Source of the DNA: Candidatus Lustribacter sp.
GTDB lineage: Bacteria; Vulcanimicrobiota; Vulcanimicrobiia; Vulcanimicrobiales; Vulcanimicrobiaceae
NCBI GenBank assembly: GCA_965277805.1
Contig: OZ255842.1
Span: 480,001-544,000 of the forward strand
DNA: 64,000 nucleotides
Direction of reading: 5' to 3'
Shown: positions 1 through 9,659 of the stretch, one piece after another
Layout of the letters: the number at the start of each line of letters is the position of its first letter
Position numbering within the stretch: the first letter of the stretch is position 1
Translations under genes and position numbers: made by a program
The notes under the pieces: generated by a model
Databases searched by the model: none
What the model was told of the DNA's origin: nothing
What the model saw: only the letters and a program-made list of their open reading frames with translations

Positions 1-2
1 TC

Positions 3-1163
3 TCGCTGATCGACCACGTCGCGCCGGCCAAAGATACGGCGACCGCGATCCAAGCGCAAACGCTGCGCAAGTGGGCCAAGCGGCAGAACATCCGCTTCCA
101 CGACATCGGCGACAACGGCATCTGCCACGTCATCATCCCCGAGAAGGGCTACGTGACGCCGGGCATGGTGATCGCCTGCGGCGACAGCCACACCGGCACG
201 CTCGGCGCGTTCGGCACGTTCGCGCTGGGCGTCGGTTCGACCGCGCAAGCCGGCGCGATGCTCGCGCAAGTGCTCGTGCTGCAGCGGCCCAAGGTGATGA
301 AGATCGAGATCACGGGCGAGCTCGCGCCCGACGTCACCGCGAAAGACCTGATCCTCACGATCATCAAGACGATCGGCTTCAAGGGCGGCACGGGCTACGC
401 GCTCGAGTACTGCGGTTCGGCGATCAGCAAGCTCTCGATGGACGGCCGCATGACCGTCTGCAATATGGCGATCGAAGCCGGCGCCACCGCGGGCGTGATC
501 GCGCCCGATGAGAAGACCGCGGCGTATCTCGCCGAGACGACGCTCAAGCCGACCAACTGGACCTCGCTGCAGCCCGATCCCGATGCGGAATACGATCGCG
601 TCGTGACGATCGACGGCGCATCGGTGCGACCGGTCGTGACGTGGGGAACGAACCCCGGCGAGAACTCGTCGATCGACGGCACCGTGCCGGCCGACGCGCA
701 CCCGGACTCGCTCGAATACATGGGCCTTACGCCCGGCACGCCGATGAAGAGCATCGAGATCGATCAAGCTTTCATCGGTTCGTGCACGAACTCGCGCATC
801 ACCGACCTGCGCGCCGCGGCCGACGTGCTGCGCGGCCGCAAGGTCACGGTACCGACGATCATCACCCCGGGTTCGGTCGGTGTGAAGCGCCAGGCCGAAC
901 GCGAAGGCTTGCACGACATCTTCCAAGATGCCGGCTGCTTGTGGACGCACTCGTCGTGCGGCCCGTGTCTTGGGATGTCGGTCGGCGTGATCGCTCCGCA
1001 AACGCGCGTGATCTCATCGACCAATCGCAATTTCCCCGGTCGCATGGGCGACGGCGGCCGCGTGCATCTGGCCTCTCCGCAAGTCGTGGCGGCATCGGCG
1101 ATCCTCGGACGGATCGCCTCGCCGAGCGACGTGCCGGCCGCGCGCGAAGCGGTGCCGGCATGA
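3..1163 (+). CDS. leuC: 3-isopropylmalate dehydratase large subunit (5'-partial)
   Basis: Frame is open from the window edge (SLIDHVAPAKD...). Aconitase-family motifs GDSHT, IGSCTN, CGPCLG, STNRNF. Coupled to leuD and leuB. Confidence 0.85.
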   Translation, partial: SLIDHVAPAKDTATAIQAQTLRKWAKRQNIRFHDIGDNGICHVIIPEKGYVTPGMVIACGDSHTGTLGAFGTFALGVGSTAQAGAMLAQVLVLQRPKVMKIEITGELAPDVTAKDLILTIIKTIGFKGGTGYALEYCGSAISKLSMDGRMTVCNMAIEAGATAGVIAPDEKTAAYLAETTLKPTNWTSLQPDPDAEYDRVVTIDGASVRPVVTWGTNPGENSSIDGTVPADAHPDSLEYMGLTPGTPMKSIEIDQAFIGSCTNSRITDLRAAADVLRGRKVTVPTIITPGSVGVKRQAEREGLHDIFQDAGCLWTHSSCGPCLGMSVGVIAPQTRVISSTNRNFPGRMGDGGRVHLASPQVVAASAILGRIASPSDVPAAREAVPA

Positions 1164-1690
1164 TCGTCAAGGGCCCCGTGCTGCCGATCCCGCACGCCAA
1201 CGTCGATACCGACCAGATCATTCCGGCCAAGCACCTCACCACGATCGATGAATCCGGCATGGGTGAATTCTGCTTCACCGGCATGACCAACGGCCGCAAG
1301 ATGCTCGACGAGCACCCCGGCGCGGTCGTGTGGGTCGCGGGGGAGAACGTCGGCTGCGGTTCGTCGCGCGAACACGCCGCGTGGGCGCTGCTCGGCGCCG
1401 GCATCAAGGCCGTGATCTCGCCGAGCTTCGCGCGCATCTTCCACGAGAACTGTTACATGAACGGGCTCGTGCCGGTGATCGTCGACGCGTCGCTGATCCC
1501 GCGCTTCGCCGCGGCCAAGACGATCACGATCGATGTCGAGAACGAAACCGTGCAAGCCGACGACGACGCGCCGATCAAATTCGAACTCGATCCGGCGCGT
1601 AAACCCTTCGTGCTCGGCGGCGGTTTCCTCAAGTACCTCAACTCCAAAATCCCGGAAATTCGCGCGTGGGAGGCCAAGCGCGCGTCATGA
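1160..1690 (+). CDS. leuD: 3-isopropylmalate dehydratase small subunit
   Basis: ATGA overlap with leuC. Motifs NVDTDQIIPA, GCGSSREHA, SFARIFHEN. Confidence 0.9.
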   Translation: MIVKGPVLPIPHANVDTDQIIPAKHLTTIDESGMGEFCFTGMTNGRKMLDEHPGAVVWVAGENVGCGSSREHAAWALLGAGIKAVISPSFARIFHENCYMNGLVPVIVDASLIPRFAAAKTITIDVENETVQADDDAPIKFELDPARKPFVLGGGFLKYLNSKIPEIRAWEAKRAS

Positions 1691-2760
1691 CGCAGATCGC
1701 GGTTCTTCCCGGTGACGGGATCGGTCCCGAAGTCACCGCGGCCGCCGTGCGCGTGCTCGACGCCGCGCACCCCGGACTGACGTTCGTCGAAGCGCCGATC
1801 GGCGCGAACGCGATCGCGAGCGTGGGCGAGCCGATGCCGGGCGAAACGGTCCGCATCTGCAGCGAAAGCGCCGCGATTCTCTTCGGTGCCGTCGGCGGTC
1901 CCGGCCACGATCATCTGCCGCCCGACAAACGCCCCGAAGCGGCGATCCTCGGCTTGCGCAAGCACTTCAATCTCTACGCGAACGTTCGCCCGGCGCGCGT
2001 GTTTCCGGGCATGGAGACGCGCTCGCCGCTACGCAGCGAACTCGTCGACGGAATGGACCTCGTGTTTATTCGCGAGCTGACCGGCGGCTTGTACTTCGGT
2101 GAGAAGACGCTCACGACGGAAGACGGTCACGAAACCGTGCGCGACGTGCTGATCTACCGCGATTACGAGATCGAGCGCGTCGCCCGCTTCGCGTTCGCGC
2201 TGGCGCGGATGCGCAGCAAGCGCCTCACCTCGGTCGACAAGAACAACGTGCTGCTCAGCTCGCAGCTCTGGCGGCGCATCGTCATCGACGTCGCCAAAGA
2301 TTTCCCCGACGTCAAACTCGAGCACATGCTGGTCGACAATGCGGCGATGCAGCTGGTGCGCGATCCGCGCACGTTTGACGTGATCGTTACCGAGAACATG
2401 TTCGGCGACATCCTCTCCGACGAGGCCGCAATGATCACGGGCACGATCGGCACCGCCTCGAGCGCCGCGCTCAACAGCGCGCCGGATGCGAACGGCTTCG
2501 GACTCTACGAACCGATCAGCGGAACGGCACCCGACATCGCCGGCAAAGGGCTCGCCAACCCGATCGGCGCGATTCTCTCGGCCGCGATGCTGGCGCGCTA
2601 TTCGCTCGGCGACGAAGCCGGCGCTGCAGCGATCGAACGCGCGGTGTCGGAAACGCTCGCCGAGGGACCGCGCACGCGCGATCTCGACGTCGCGAACGAC
2701 GCGTCAACCAACGCCGTTGCCGACGCGATCGTCGCGCGGATCAGCCGGGTCGCCGCCTAA
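1687..2760 (+). CDS. leuB: 3-isopropylmalate dehydrogenase
   Basis: ATGA overlap. LPGDGIGPEV, RELTGGLYFG, VDNAAMQLV, NMFGDILSDEAA, APDIAGKG. Confidence 0.88.
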   Translation: MTQIAVLPGDGIGPEVTAAAVRVLDAAHPGLTFVEAPIGANAIASVGEPMPGETVRICSESAAILFGAVGGPGHDHLPPDKRPEAAILGLRKHFNLYANVRPARVFPGMETRSPLRSELVDGMDLVFIRELTGGLYFGEKTLTTEDGHETVRDVLIYRDYEIERVARFAFALARMRSKRLTSVDKNNVLLSSQLWRRIVIDVAKDFPDVKLEHMLVDNAAMQLVRDPRTFDVIVTENMFGDILSDEAAMITGTIGTASSAALNSAPDANGFGLYEPISGTAPDIAGKGLANPIGAILSAAMLARYSLGDEAGAAAIERAVSETLAEGPRTRDLDVANDASTNAVADAIVARISRVAA

Positions 2761-2761
2761 G

Positions 2762-3250
2762 CTAGGTGCTCTGGGCGGCAGTAACGTGGTCCTCGTCGAG
2801 GAGCCACGTCCCGTTCGCCGCTTTGACCCACGTGAGTTCGTGCGTCGAGTAGTCGCGTTCGACGCCCGGCGCGCCCATCGGATCCGGGTTGTTGGCGCCG
2901 TAAAACCAGCGCTCAGCATCGACCGTTTCGCGCGCACCGGTATCGGTGAGGACCGTCGATTTGATCCGCTGGCTGTTGCCGCTCGGCGAGGAGGCGGTGA
3001 AATAGATCTTGCTCACCCCCGCGATGAACCCGGCGTAGTTGAGCTGCTTGCCGTTGGGCTGAATGACGTGGAACGTGTTGGTCGTAATACTGGAGAGCTT
3101 TGCCCCATCACCGTGGGAGATCGCATCGAAGTAGGCCGTCGTTTGCGCGCTGAGCGAATCCGGCGGACCGGCCGGCGCCGTTTGTGCGGCAGCCGCAACC
3201 GGGGCAGTTAGCGCAAGCGAGACGATCAGGGAGCCCAGAAGCCGATTCAT
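2762..3250 (-). CDS. Secreted NTF2/SnoaL-like (DUF4440-type) protein
   Basis: Sec signal peptide (MNRLLGSLIVSLALTAPVAAAA). YFDAISHGD helix and C-terminal WVKAANGTWLL strand pattern typical of NTF2-like folds. Confidence 0.55.
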   Translation of the reverse strand: MNRLLGSLIVSLALTAPVAAAAQTAPAGPPDSLSAQTTAYFDAISHGDGAKLSSITTNTFHVIQPNGKQLNYAGFIAGVSKIYFTASSPSGNSQRIKSTVLTDTGARETVDAERWFYGANNPDPMGAPGVERDYSTHELTWVKAANGTWLLDEDHVTAAQST

Positions 3251-3256
3251 AGCTCT

Positions 3257-3265
3257 AATATACCA
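3257..3265 (-). promoter_or_regulatory. Extended -10 promoter (TG-G-TATATT), probably leaderless transcript
   Basis: Minus strand reads TGGTATATT, then 6 nt, then the ATG at 3250. No SD. Confidence 0.5.
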
Positions 3266-4108
3266 TCAAAATCTGAAGCCGAATCTGAAGAAATCACCGC
3301 CCGCGACGGCGCTCGGCTGTGCTATACGCTTCACGAATCAGGACGGCCGGGGGCTCCGCGCCTGGCGCTGGTTCACTCGCTGGCGCTCGACCGCAGCATC
3401 TGGGACGGTGTGATCACGGCCCTGGGCGGGGCAGTCGATGTCCTGACATACGATTGCCGCGGACACGGTGCTTCGAGCAAACCCCCCGGACCGTACACGA
3501 CGGGCCTGTTTGCCGCCGATCTGCGCGACTTGCTCGCGGCCGCCGGATGGGAGCATGCCTTCGTCGCGGGCGCGTCGATGGGCGGCAGCGTTGCCTTGCA
3601 GTTCGCCGTGTCCTATCCTGAATTGCTGGACGGTCTCGGCCTGATCGACACGACCGCGTGGTACGGCCCCGACGCGCCGAAGAGCTGGCACGAGCGCGGC
3701 AGCAAAGCGATCGAAGACGGACTCGCGAGCCTCATCGCGTTTCAGCAGACGCGCTGGTTCAGCGACGCGTTCCGCGCCGATCGTCCTGATGTGGGCGAAC
3801 GTTTCGCGAAAGTTTTTCTCGCCAACGATCTGGCGGCGTACGCGGCCACGTGCGAGATGCTCGGCTCGTTCAACCTGACCGCGCAGCTCGGCACGATCAC
3901 CGCGCCGGTGGAGATTCTGGTCGGCGAAGAAGATTACGCGACGCCGCCCGAGATGGCGCGCGCGCTTGCAGCGGGCATCGCCGGCTCAAAAATGCAGATC
4001 GTTCCGAAGGCGCGGCATTTGACGCCGATTGAAATTCCCGAACGCGTTGCGGCGATGCTGCAAACGGTCATCGTGCGTAAAGGCGGATCCGTTGCAGACG
4101 GGCGGTGA
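3260..4108 (+). CDS. Alpha/beta hydrolase, PcaD (3-oxoadipate enol-lactonase)-like; start uncertain
   Basis: YDCRGHG, GASMGG nucleophile elbow, VGEED, RHL. Family-like N-terminus (ARDGARLCY...LVHSLALDRSIW) lies in frame upstream of the first canonical start (GTG 3410). Confidence 0.75.
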   Translation: MPSKSEAESEEITARDGARLCYTLHESGRPGAPRLALVHSLALDRSIWDGVITALGGAVDVLTYDCRGHGASSKPPGPYTTGLFAADLRDLLAAAGWEHAFVAGASMGGSVALQFAVSYPELLDGLGLIDTTAWYGPDAPKSWHERGSKAIEDGLASLIAFQQTRWFSDAFRADRPDVGERFAKVFLANDLAAYAATCEMLGSFNLTAQLGTITAPVEILVGEEDYATPPEMARALAAGIAGSKMQIVPKARHLTPIEIPERVAAMLQTVIVRKGGSVADGR

Positions 4109-4556
4109 GTTCACGGTCGCCGTTCCGCAAGAACGGGCCTTCGCATTCATCAGCGATCCATTCAAGATCGCGGCGTGCATCCCGGGCTGCAGCGATCTGC
4201 GCGAGGTTGCGCCCGGCAAATACGCGGCGAAGCTGTCGAACCGCGTTGGACCGATTTCGATTTCGTTCGACGTGTCGGTCGAGCTGACGAAAGTGGAGCC
4301 GCCGGCGGCGATCGACGCCGTCGTCAGCGGCAACGCGTCGGGTTTGGGCGGCCGCCTCACGGCGACGGCCACGGTGCGGCTCGCTGCGGTCGATGCAGCA
4401 CAAACGAAGGTCACCTACACCGTCGACTTGGGCTTAACCGGCAAGCTCGGCGGCATCGGGCAACCGGTGTTTCGCGCCAAGAGCGACGAGCTCAGCAAGA
4501 AATTCGGCGCCAACGTGCGCGCGGCGCTCGAATCTGGCGAGGCGGCTCGCACGTGA
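4092..4556 (+). CDS. CoxG/SRPBCC family protein
   Basis: DPFKIAACIPG, VGPI, LTGKLGGIG motifs. TTG start after AAAGGCGG. Confidence 0.8.
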   Translation: MQTGGEFTVAVPQERAFAFISDPFKIAACIPGCSDLREVAPGKYAAKLSNRVGPISISFDVSVELTKVEPPAAIDAVVSGNASGLGGRLTATATVRLAAVDAAQTKVTYTVDLGLTGKLGGIGQPVFRAKSDELSKKFGANVRAALESGEAART

Positions 4557-5425
4557 GTTTCGAGTTGCTGGAACCAGCCACGCTCGATGAAGCGCTGGCA
4601 CTGCTCGACCCCGACGACTTTGCGGTGCGCGCCGTCGCCGGCGGCACCGCGCTCTCGCTGATGGTGCAGTCACACATCTTCAAGCCGACGCGGCTGATCA
4701 GCCTGCGGCGTCTGAACGGCGAGCTGCGCGGCGTGCACGTCGAGGGCGACGGCAGCCTGCGCATCGGCGCGATGACGACGCTGACCGAACTCGAACGCTC
4801 GCCGGTGCTCGCCGTTTCGGAGCCGGTGCTTTCGCGCGCGCTGCACACGCTCTCAAACGTTCGCGTGCGAAACATCGCGACGATCGGCGGACATCTCGCG
4901 CACGGCGATCCGCACATGGACTTGCCGCCGATCCTGGTGACGCTCGGCGCGCGCGTGCGTGCGGTTTCGCCGCGCGGCGAGCGCTGGATCGACGCGGACG
5001 AACTGATCACCGGCTACTATGAGACCTCGCTTGCGGGTGACGAATTGATCGTCGAGGTCCTCGTGCCGGCGCAGCCGCCCGGCGCGCGCGCGGCGTACGC
5101 GAAGTTCACCGCGCTCTCGGCCGACGATTGGCCGGCCGTCGGCGTTGCGGTGTGGCTGCGGCGCGACGGCGAGAAGATCGTCGAAGCGCGGGTCGTCGTC
5201 GGCGGCGCGACCGATCATCCGACGCGGATGACGGCGGCCGAAGCGGCGCTGACCGGCAACGCCGCCGATGCGAAAGCGTTTGCGGCGGCCGGCGATGCAG
5301 CGGCCGGCGAGGTCCAACCGCTGGGCGATCTGCGCGGTTCCGGTCCCTATAAACGCGAGATGGTGCGCGTCCACGTTCGCCGCGCACTCGAGCGCGCCGC
5401 TCTGCCGTCCGAGGATCGCACGTGA
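4553..5425 (+). CDS. Xanthine-dehydrogenase-family molybdenum hydroxylase, FAD subunit
   Basis: GTGA overlap. EPATLDEA, AGGT, IGAMTT, VRNIATIGGHL, DLRGS. Confidence 0.9.
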   Translation: MSFELLEPATLDEALALLDPDDFAVRAVAGGTALSLMVQSHIFKPTRLISLRRLNGELRGVHVEGDGSLRIGAMTTLTELERSPVLAVSEPVLSRALHTLSNVRVRNIATIGGHLAHGDPHMDLPPILVTLGARVRAVSPRGERWIDADELITGYYETSLAGDELIVEVLVPAQPPGARAAYAKFTALSADDWPAVGVAVWLRRDGEKIVEARVVVGGATDHPTRMTAAEAALTGNAADAKAFAAAGDAAAGEVQPLGDLRGSGPYKREMVRVHVRRALERAALPSEDRT

Positions 5426-7776
5426 GAGAAACCGTCCGGCCGGCCCTGCCCAAACTGCGCGAGGTGTCGCGCTCGGTGCCGCGGCTCGAAGGCGTGCAGA
5501 AGGTCACCGGCGCGATTGAATACATCCATCATCTGCGGCTGCCCGGCATGCTCTATGGCAAGATCGTGCGCAGCACGGTTGCGCACGCGAAGATCGTTGC
5601 GATCGACGCGGCCGAGGCGCGCGCGCTGCCCGGCGTCCATGCCGTGATCACCGGCGAAGACGTGCTGAAAATCGTGCCGTCGCCGTACTACGGGCCGGCG
5701 TTCCACGATCAGCCGGTGCTCGCCATCGGCAAAGTGCACCACGTCGGCGAACCGGTTGCGGTCGTGCTCGCGACCGACCCGCACGTCGCCGAAGACGGCG
5801 CCGATCTGGTGGTCGTCGAGTACGACGAACTCGAGCCCGTGTTCGACGAAGTGAAAGCTGCGCAGCCCGGCGCGCCGATCGTGCATGACGAGCTGCAGCC
5901 GGCCGGCACCTTTGCCGACCTCAAGCACCTCAAGGGGAAGAAGGACACCAACATCGCGCTCGACGCCCAGGTGCGTCACGGTGACGTCGCGCGCGGCTTC
6001 GCGCTGGCGGATCACATCTTCGAGGACACGTTCAAGTCGGGCCAGGTGATGCACACGCCGCTCGAACCGTTCGTCTCGGTCGCCGAAACGCGCAGCGGCA
6101 AAGAGCTGACGATCCACACCGCCTCACAGAGCCCGTCGTTCGTGCGCATGGAAGTCGCGCGTCTGCTCGGCTGGCCCGAGAACAAAGTGCGCGTGCGCGC
6201 GGCGTTCCTCGGCGGCGGCTTCGGGGCCAAGCTCTACATCAAGCTCGAAGCGCTGGTGGCGGTGCTGGCCCTGATCGTGCGCCGTCCGGTACGCATCGCG
6301 CTCACGATGGAAGAGCAGTTCTACACGATCACCAAACACGGCACGACCGTGCACATGAAAACCGGCGTCATGAACGACGGCACGATCGTCGCGCGCGAGG
6401 TGGAGACGTGGTGGAACGGCGGCGCGTTCGCCGACATCGGTCCGCGCGTGACGCAGAAGTCCGGTTTCACCGCTGCCGGCCCCTACGACATCGAACACGT
6501 CTCGCTCGATTCGTATGCCGTGTATACGAACTTGCCGCCGGCCGGCGCGTTTCGCGGCTTCGGGATCCCGCAGCTCGTGTGGGCGTATGAGAGTCAGGCC
6601 GACATCATCGCGAGCAAGCTCGGCATGGATCCGGTGGAGTTCCGGCTGAAAAACGTGCTGCGCGACGGCGACGAACACGCCACCGGTACGGTGATGTCCA
6701 ACGCCGGCGTGGCGGAGTGCGTCGAGAGCGCGGCGCGCATGATCGGCTGGAATCAGCCGTTCGATCGCGGCAGCGGTGCGATTCGCCGCGGCCGCGGCAT
6801 TGCGGTCGGCATCAAGGCGTCGATCTCGCCGACCACGTCGGTCGCGCTCGTGACTGTTGCCGCCGACGGCAGCTGTACGCTAGCGATTTCGACCGTCGAC
6901 ATGGGGCAAGGCTCCGACACGGCGATGGCGCAGGTCGCCGCCGAAACGCTCGGCATTCGCACCGAGTCGGTCACGGTCGTGCATTCCGACACCGACACCA
7001 CGCCGTACGATATGGCGACGCTCGGTTCGCGTTCCACCTATCACATGGGCCACGCGGTGCGGCTCGCCGCCGACGATGCGCGCAACCAGCTGCTCGCGCT
7101 CGCGGCGACCTACCTCGACGTGCCGCCCGAGACGTGCGTCTGCGAAGACGGCGTGATCTCGACCAGCACCGGCAAATCGATGACGTTCAAGGAGCTCTTC
7201 GTCGCGCGCTTCGGCATGCAGGCGGGCAACGTCGTCGGCACCGGTTCGTTCGAACCGCCATACGCTAAGCCCGACATGACGACCGGCCAGTCGAGCAACG
7301 TCACGCCGTTCTGGATGATCGGCGCGACGGCGGTCGAGATCACGGTCGATACCGAAACCGGCCGCATCACGGTCGACAAGTGCGTAACTGCCGGTGACGT
7401 CGGACGCGCGATCAATCCCGCGATCGTCGAGCGTCAGCTCAATAGCGCGGCGATCATGGCGATCGGTTCGTCGATCGCCGAGGTGATGATCTTCGAAAAC
7501 GGTCAGGTCGTGAACGCGAGCCTCGCCGACTACAAGATCCCGAGCTTTCTCGATATTCCGGTGCACGTCGAAGCCGACTTGATCCAAGATCCGCATCCTA
7601 GCGCACCGTACGGCGCGAAAGGCGTCGGCGAATCCGGTTCGTTCGGACCGACGCCGGCGATCGCCAACGCCCTCGCCGACGCGACCGGCGTGCGCATCCG
7701 CGAGATGCCGCTGTTGCCTGAGCGCGTGCTGCGCGCGATTCACGAAGCGGCGGGCACGCCGTTGGGGAGCGAATAG
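5422..7776 (+). CDS. Xanthine-dehydrogenase-family molybdopterin subunit
   Basis: KVTG, GGGFGAK, AFRGFG, DMGQG, GSRS, GAKGVGE. AFRGFG is not the form I CoxL signature. Confidence 0.92.
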   Translation: MRETVRPALPKLREVSRSVPRLEGVQKVTGAIEYIHHLRLPGMLYGKIVRSTVAHAKIVAIDAAEARALPGVHAVITGEDVLKIVPSPYYGPAFHDQPVLAIGKVHHVGEPVAVVLATDPHVAEDGADLVVVEYDELEPVFDEVKAAQPGAPIVHDELQPAGTFADLKHLKGKKDTNIALDAQVRHGDVARGFALADHIFEDTFKSGQVMHTPLEPFVSVAETRSGKELTIHTASQSPSFVRMEVARLLGWPENKVRVRAAFLGGGFGAKLYIKLEALVAVLALIVRRPVRIALTMEEQFYTITKHGTTVHMKTGVMNDGTIVAREVETWWNGGAFADIGPRVTQKSGFTAAGPYDIEHVSLDSYAVYTNLPPAGAFRGFGIPQLVWAYESQADIIASKLGMDPVEFRLKNVLRDGDEHATGTVMSNAGVAECVESAARMIGWNQPFDRGSGAIRRGRGIAVGIKASISPTTSVALVTVAADGSCTLAISTVDMGQGSDTAMAQVAAETLGIRTESVTVVHSDTDTTPYDMATLGSRSTYHMGHAVRLAADDARNQLLALAATYLDVPPETCVCEDGVISTSTGKSMTFKELFVARFGMQAGNVVGTGSFEPPYAKPDMTTGQSSNVTPFWMIGATAVEITVDTETGRITVDKCVTAGDVGRAINPAIVERQLNSAAIMAIGSSIAEVMIFENGQVVNASLADYKIPSFLDIPVHVEADLIQDPHPSAPYGAKGVGESGSFGPTPAIANALADATGVRIREMPLLPERVLRAIHEAAGTPLGSE

Positions 7777-8264
7777 TGGACGGCCGCAAGACGATCCATT
7801 TCACGCTCAACGGGCGGCCGGCCGAAGCCGACGTCGCCCCGCATGAGAACCTGATCGAAGTGCTGCAACGCGATGAGTTCGGTTTGCACGGCGCTCGCGT
7901 CAGTTGCGGTCAGGGCTTATGCGGCTGCTGCACCGTGGCGATCGACGGCGTCGCGACCTCGGGCTGTTTGTTCCTCGCGCCGTTCGCCGATGGAACCACG
8001 ATCGAAACGGTCGAGAGCCTCGCGAACGGCGAGACGCTCAACCCGATCCAGACCGCGTTCATCGAGAACGCGGCGTTTCAGTGCGGTTTTTGCACGCCGG
8101 GCTTCATCATGATGACGCGCGAGCTGCTCGATCGCATTCCCGACCCCAGCGACGACGAGATCCGGCACTATCTGTCCGGGAATTTATGCCGCTGTGCTGC
8201 CTATCCCGAGATCCTCAATGCCGTGCGCGCCGCCGCGCGCGCGCGCGCCGCCACGAAAGCCTGA
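7776..8264 (+). CDS. Molybdenum hydroxylase (2Fe-2S) subunit
   Basis: CGQGLCGCCTV, QCGFCTPG, GNLCRC. Confidence 0.92.
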   Translation: MDGRKTIHFTLNGRPAEADVAPHENLIEVLQRDEFGLHGARVSCGQGLCGCCTVAIDGVATSGCLFLAPFADGTTIETVESLANGETLNPIQTAFIENAAFQCGFCTPGFIMMTRELLDRIPDPSDDEIRHYLSGNLCRCAAYPEILNAVRAAARARAATKA

Positions 8265-8266
8265 CT

Positions 8267-9649
8267 GTGCCGTACGCCGACTTCCGCGCATTCCTCGACG
8301 CCCTGCGAGCCGAGGGCGAGCTGATCGACATCGAACGGCCGGTGGAGCTGTATCTCGAAATCGGCAAGGCGCTGCGGCAAACGGCGGCGATCGGCGGACC
8401 GGCGCTCAACTTCAAAAACAACGGCACGGCCTTTCCGCTCGTCGGCGGTTTGTACAACACGCGCTCCAAAGCGCTGCTCGCGTTCGAGTCGACTGAGGCG
8501 GCGGTGTTCGAGAAAATTCTCAGCGGTCTGGCGAACCCGATCGCCCCGGTGATGACGAGCGGCAAAGCCCCGGCGCACGACGTCGTGCTCACCGGTGCCG
8601 GCGCCGATCTCACGAAGCTGCCGATTCCGACCTACAGCCCCGACGACGGCGGCCCGTTCATTACCCCCGGCATCGTGGTGAGCCGCGATCCCGAAACCGG
8701 CGTTCCCGATCTCGGGCACTATCGCTTTCAGATCATGAACGCGGGAGAGATGTCGTTTCTCGCGCAGCCGTTCCATCGTTTCGGTAAGCACATCGTCAAG
8801 GCGCGCAAGATGGGCATGACGCGCTATCCGGCGGCCGTCGTGTTCGGCGTCGATCCGATCCTTGCGTACACGTGCACGATTCAAGTACCCGACGGCACGA
8901 ACGACTACGAGATCGCCGGCGGCTTGCGCGGCGCGCCGGTCGAGCTCGTGCACGGACGCACGGTCGACCTCGACGTGCCGGCGCACAGCGAGATCGTCAT
9001 CGAGTTCGAGGTCGACCTCGCCAAAGACGTGCTGGAGGGCCCGCTCGGCGAATACACCGGCTACTACACGCCCTCGTCGATGAAGCCGCTCGCGCGCGTC
9101 ACGGCGATCACGCATCGCACCGGCGCGTACTGCCAGGCCCTGCTGACCGGCATTCCGCCGACCGAGAACCACATCCTCAAGCAGCTGCCGTTCGAAGCGT
9201 CGTTTTTCCAGATGATGAAGAAGTCGTTCCCGACGCTGCACAGCGTGTCGATCCCGCCGTCGGGCGGCGTCTCGTTCTCGATCGTGATGTCGCTCGCGCA
9301 GCGCTATGCCGGCGAAGCGCGTCATGCGATCTTGGCCGCGATGTCGACCAATCTGCGGCCGAAGATCGTGACCGTCGTCGACCCCGACATCAACGTCCAG
9401 AGTTCGGCCGAAGTCGAGTGGGCGGTGGCCTTTCGCGTGCAGCCGCGGCGCGACGTGATCATCGTCGACGATCTGCCCGCCGGACCGCTCGATCCGTCGG
9501 TCGACGACTCGGTGCCGCTCGAAGCCCGCACCGGATCGGCCATCGGCATCGATGCGACTCGGCCATTCGGCCAAGAATTTCAAAAGGTCGCCGACGTTCC
9601 GGGCTGGCAAGAGTACGACTTTCCCGAACTTCGCGCTCGTCACACCTAA
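8267..9649 (+). CDS. UbiD-family prFMN-dependent (de)carboxylase
   Basis: DLTKLPIP, DGGPFIT, GHYR, EGPLGEYTGYY, VVDPDI, LDPS, IGIDAT. Confidence 0.9.
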   Translation: MPYADFRAFLDALRAEGELIDIERPVELYLEIGKALRQTAAIGGPALNFKNNGTAFPLVGGLYNTRSKALLAFESTEAAVFEKILSGLANPIAPVMTSGKAPAHDVVLTGAGADLTKLPIPTYSPDDGGPFITPGIVVSRDPETGVPDLGHYRFQIMNAGEMSFLAQPFHRFGKHIVKARKMGMTRYPAAVVFGVDPILAYTCTIQVPDGTNDYEIAGGLRGAPVELVHGRTVDLDVPAHSEIVIEFEVDLAKDVLEGPLGEYTGYYTPSSMKPLARVTAITHRTGAYCQALLTGIPPTENHILKQLPFEASFFQMMKKSFPTLHSVSIPPSGGVSFSIVMSLAQRYAGEARHAILAAMSTNLRPKIVTVVDPDINVQSSAEVEWAVAFRVQPRRDVIIVDDLPAGPLDPSVDDSVPLEARTGSAIGIDATRPFGQEFQKVADVPGWQEYDFPELRARHT

Positions 9650-9659
9650 GGAGGATCTT

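Noticed and set aside
3-2760. leuCD/leuB as catabolic maleate hydratase plus D-malate dehydrogenase
   Set aside because: The dehydrogenase carries typical IPMDH motifs (RPE..IL.LRK, RELTGGLYFG), so leucine synthesis is the simpler reading. Not fully excluded.
8225-8250. (GC)n run as a microsatellite
   Set aside because: Explained by Ala/Arg codons at a gene end in high-GC DNA.
4092-8264. Aerobic CO dehydrogenase (cox) operon
   Set aside because: The large subunit has AFRGFG, not AYxCSFR (form I) or AYRGAGR (form II), and no coxDEF genes are present.
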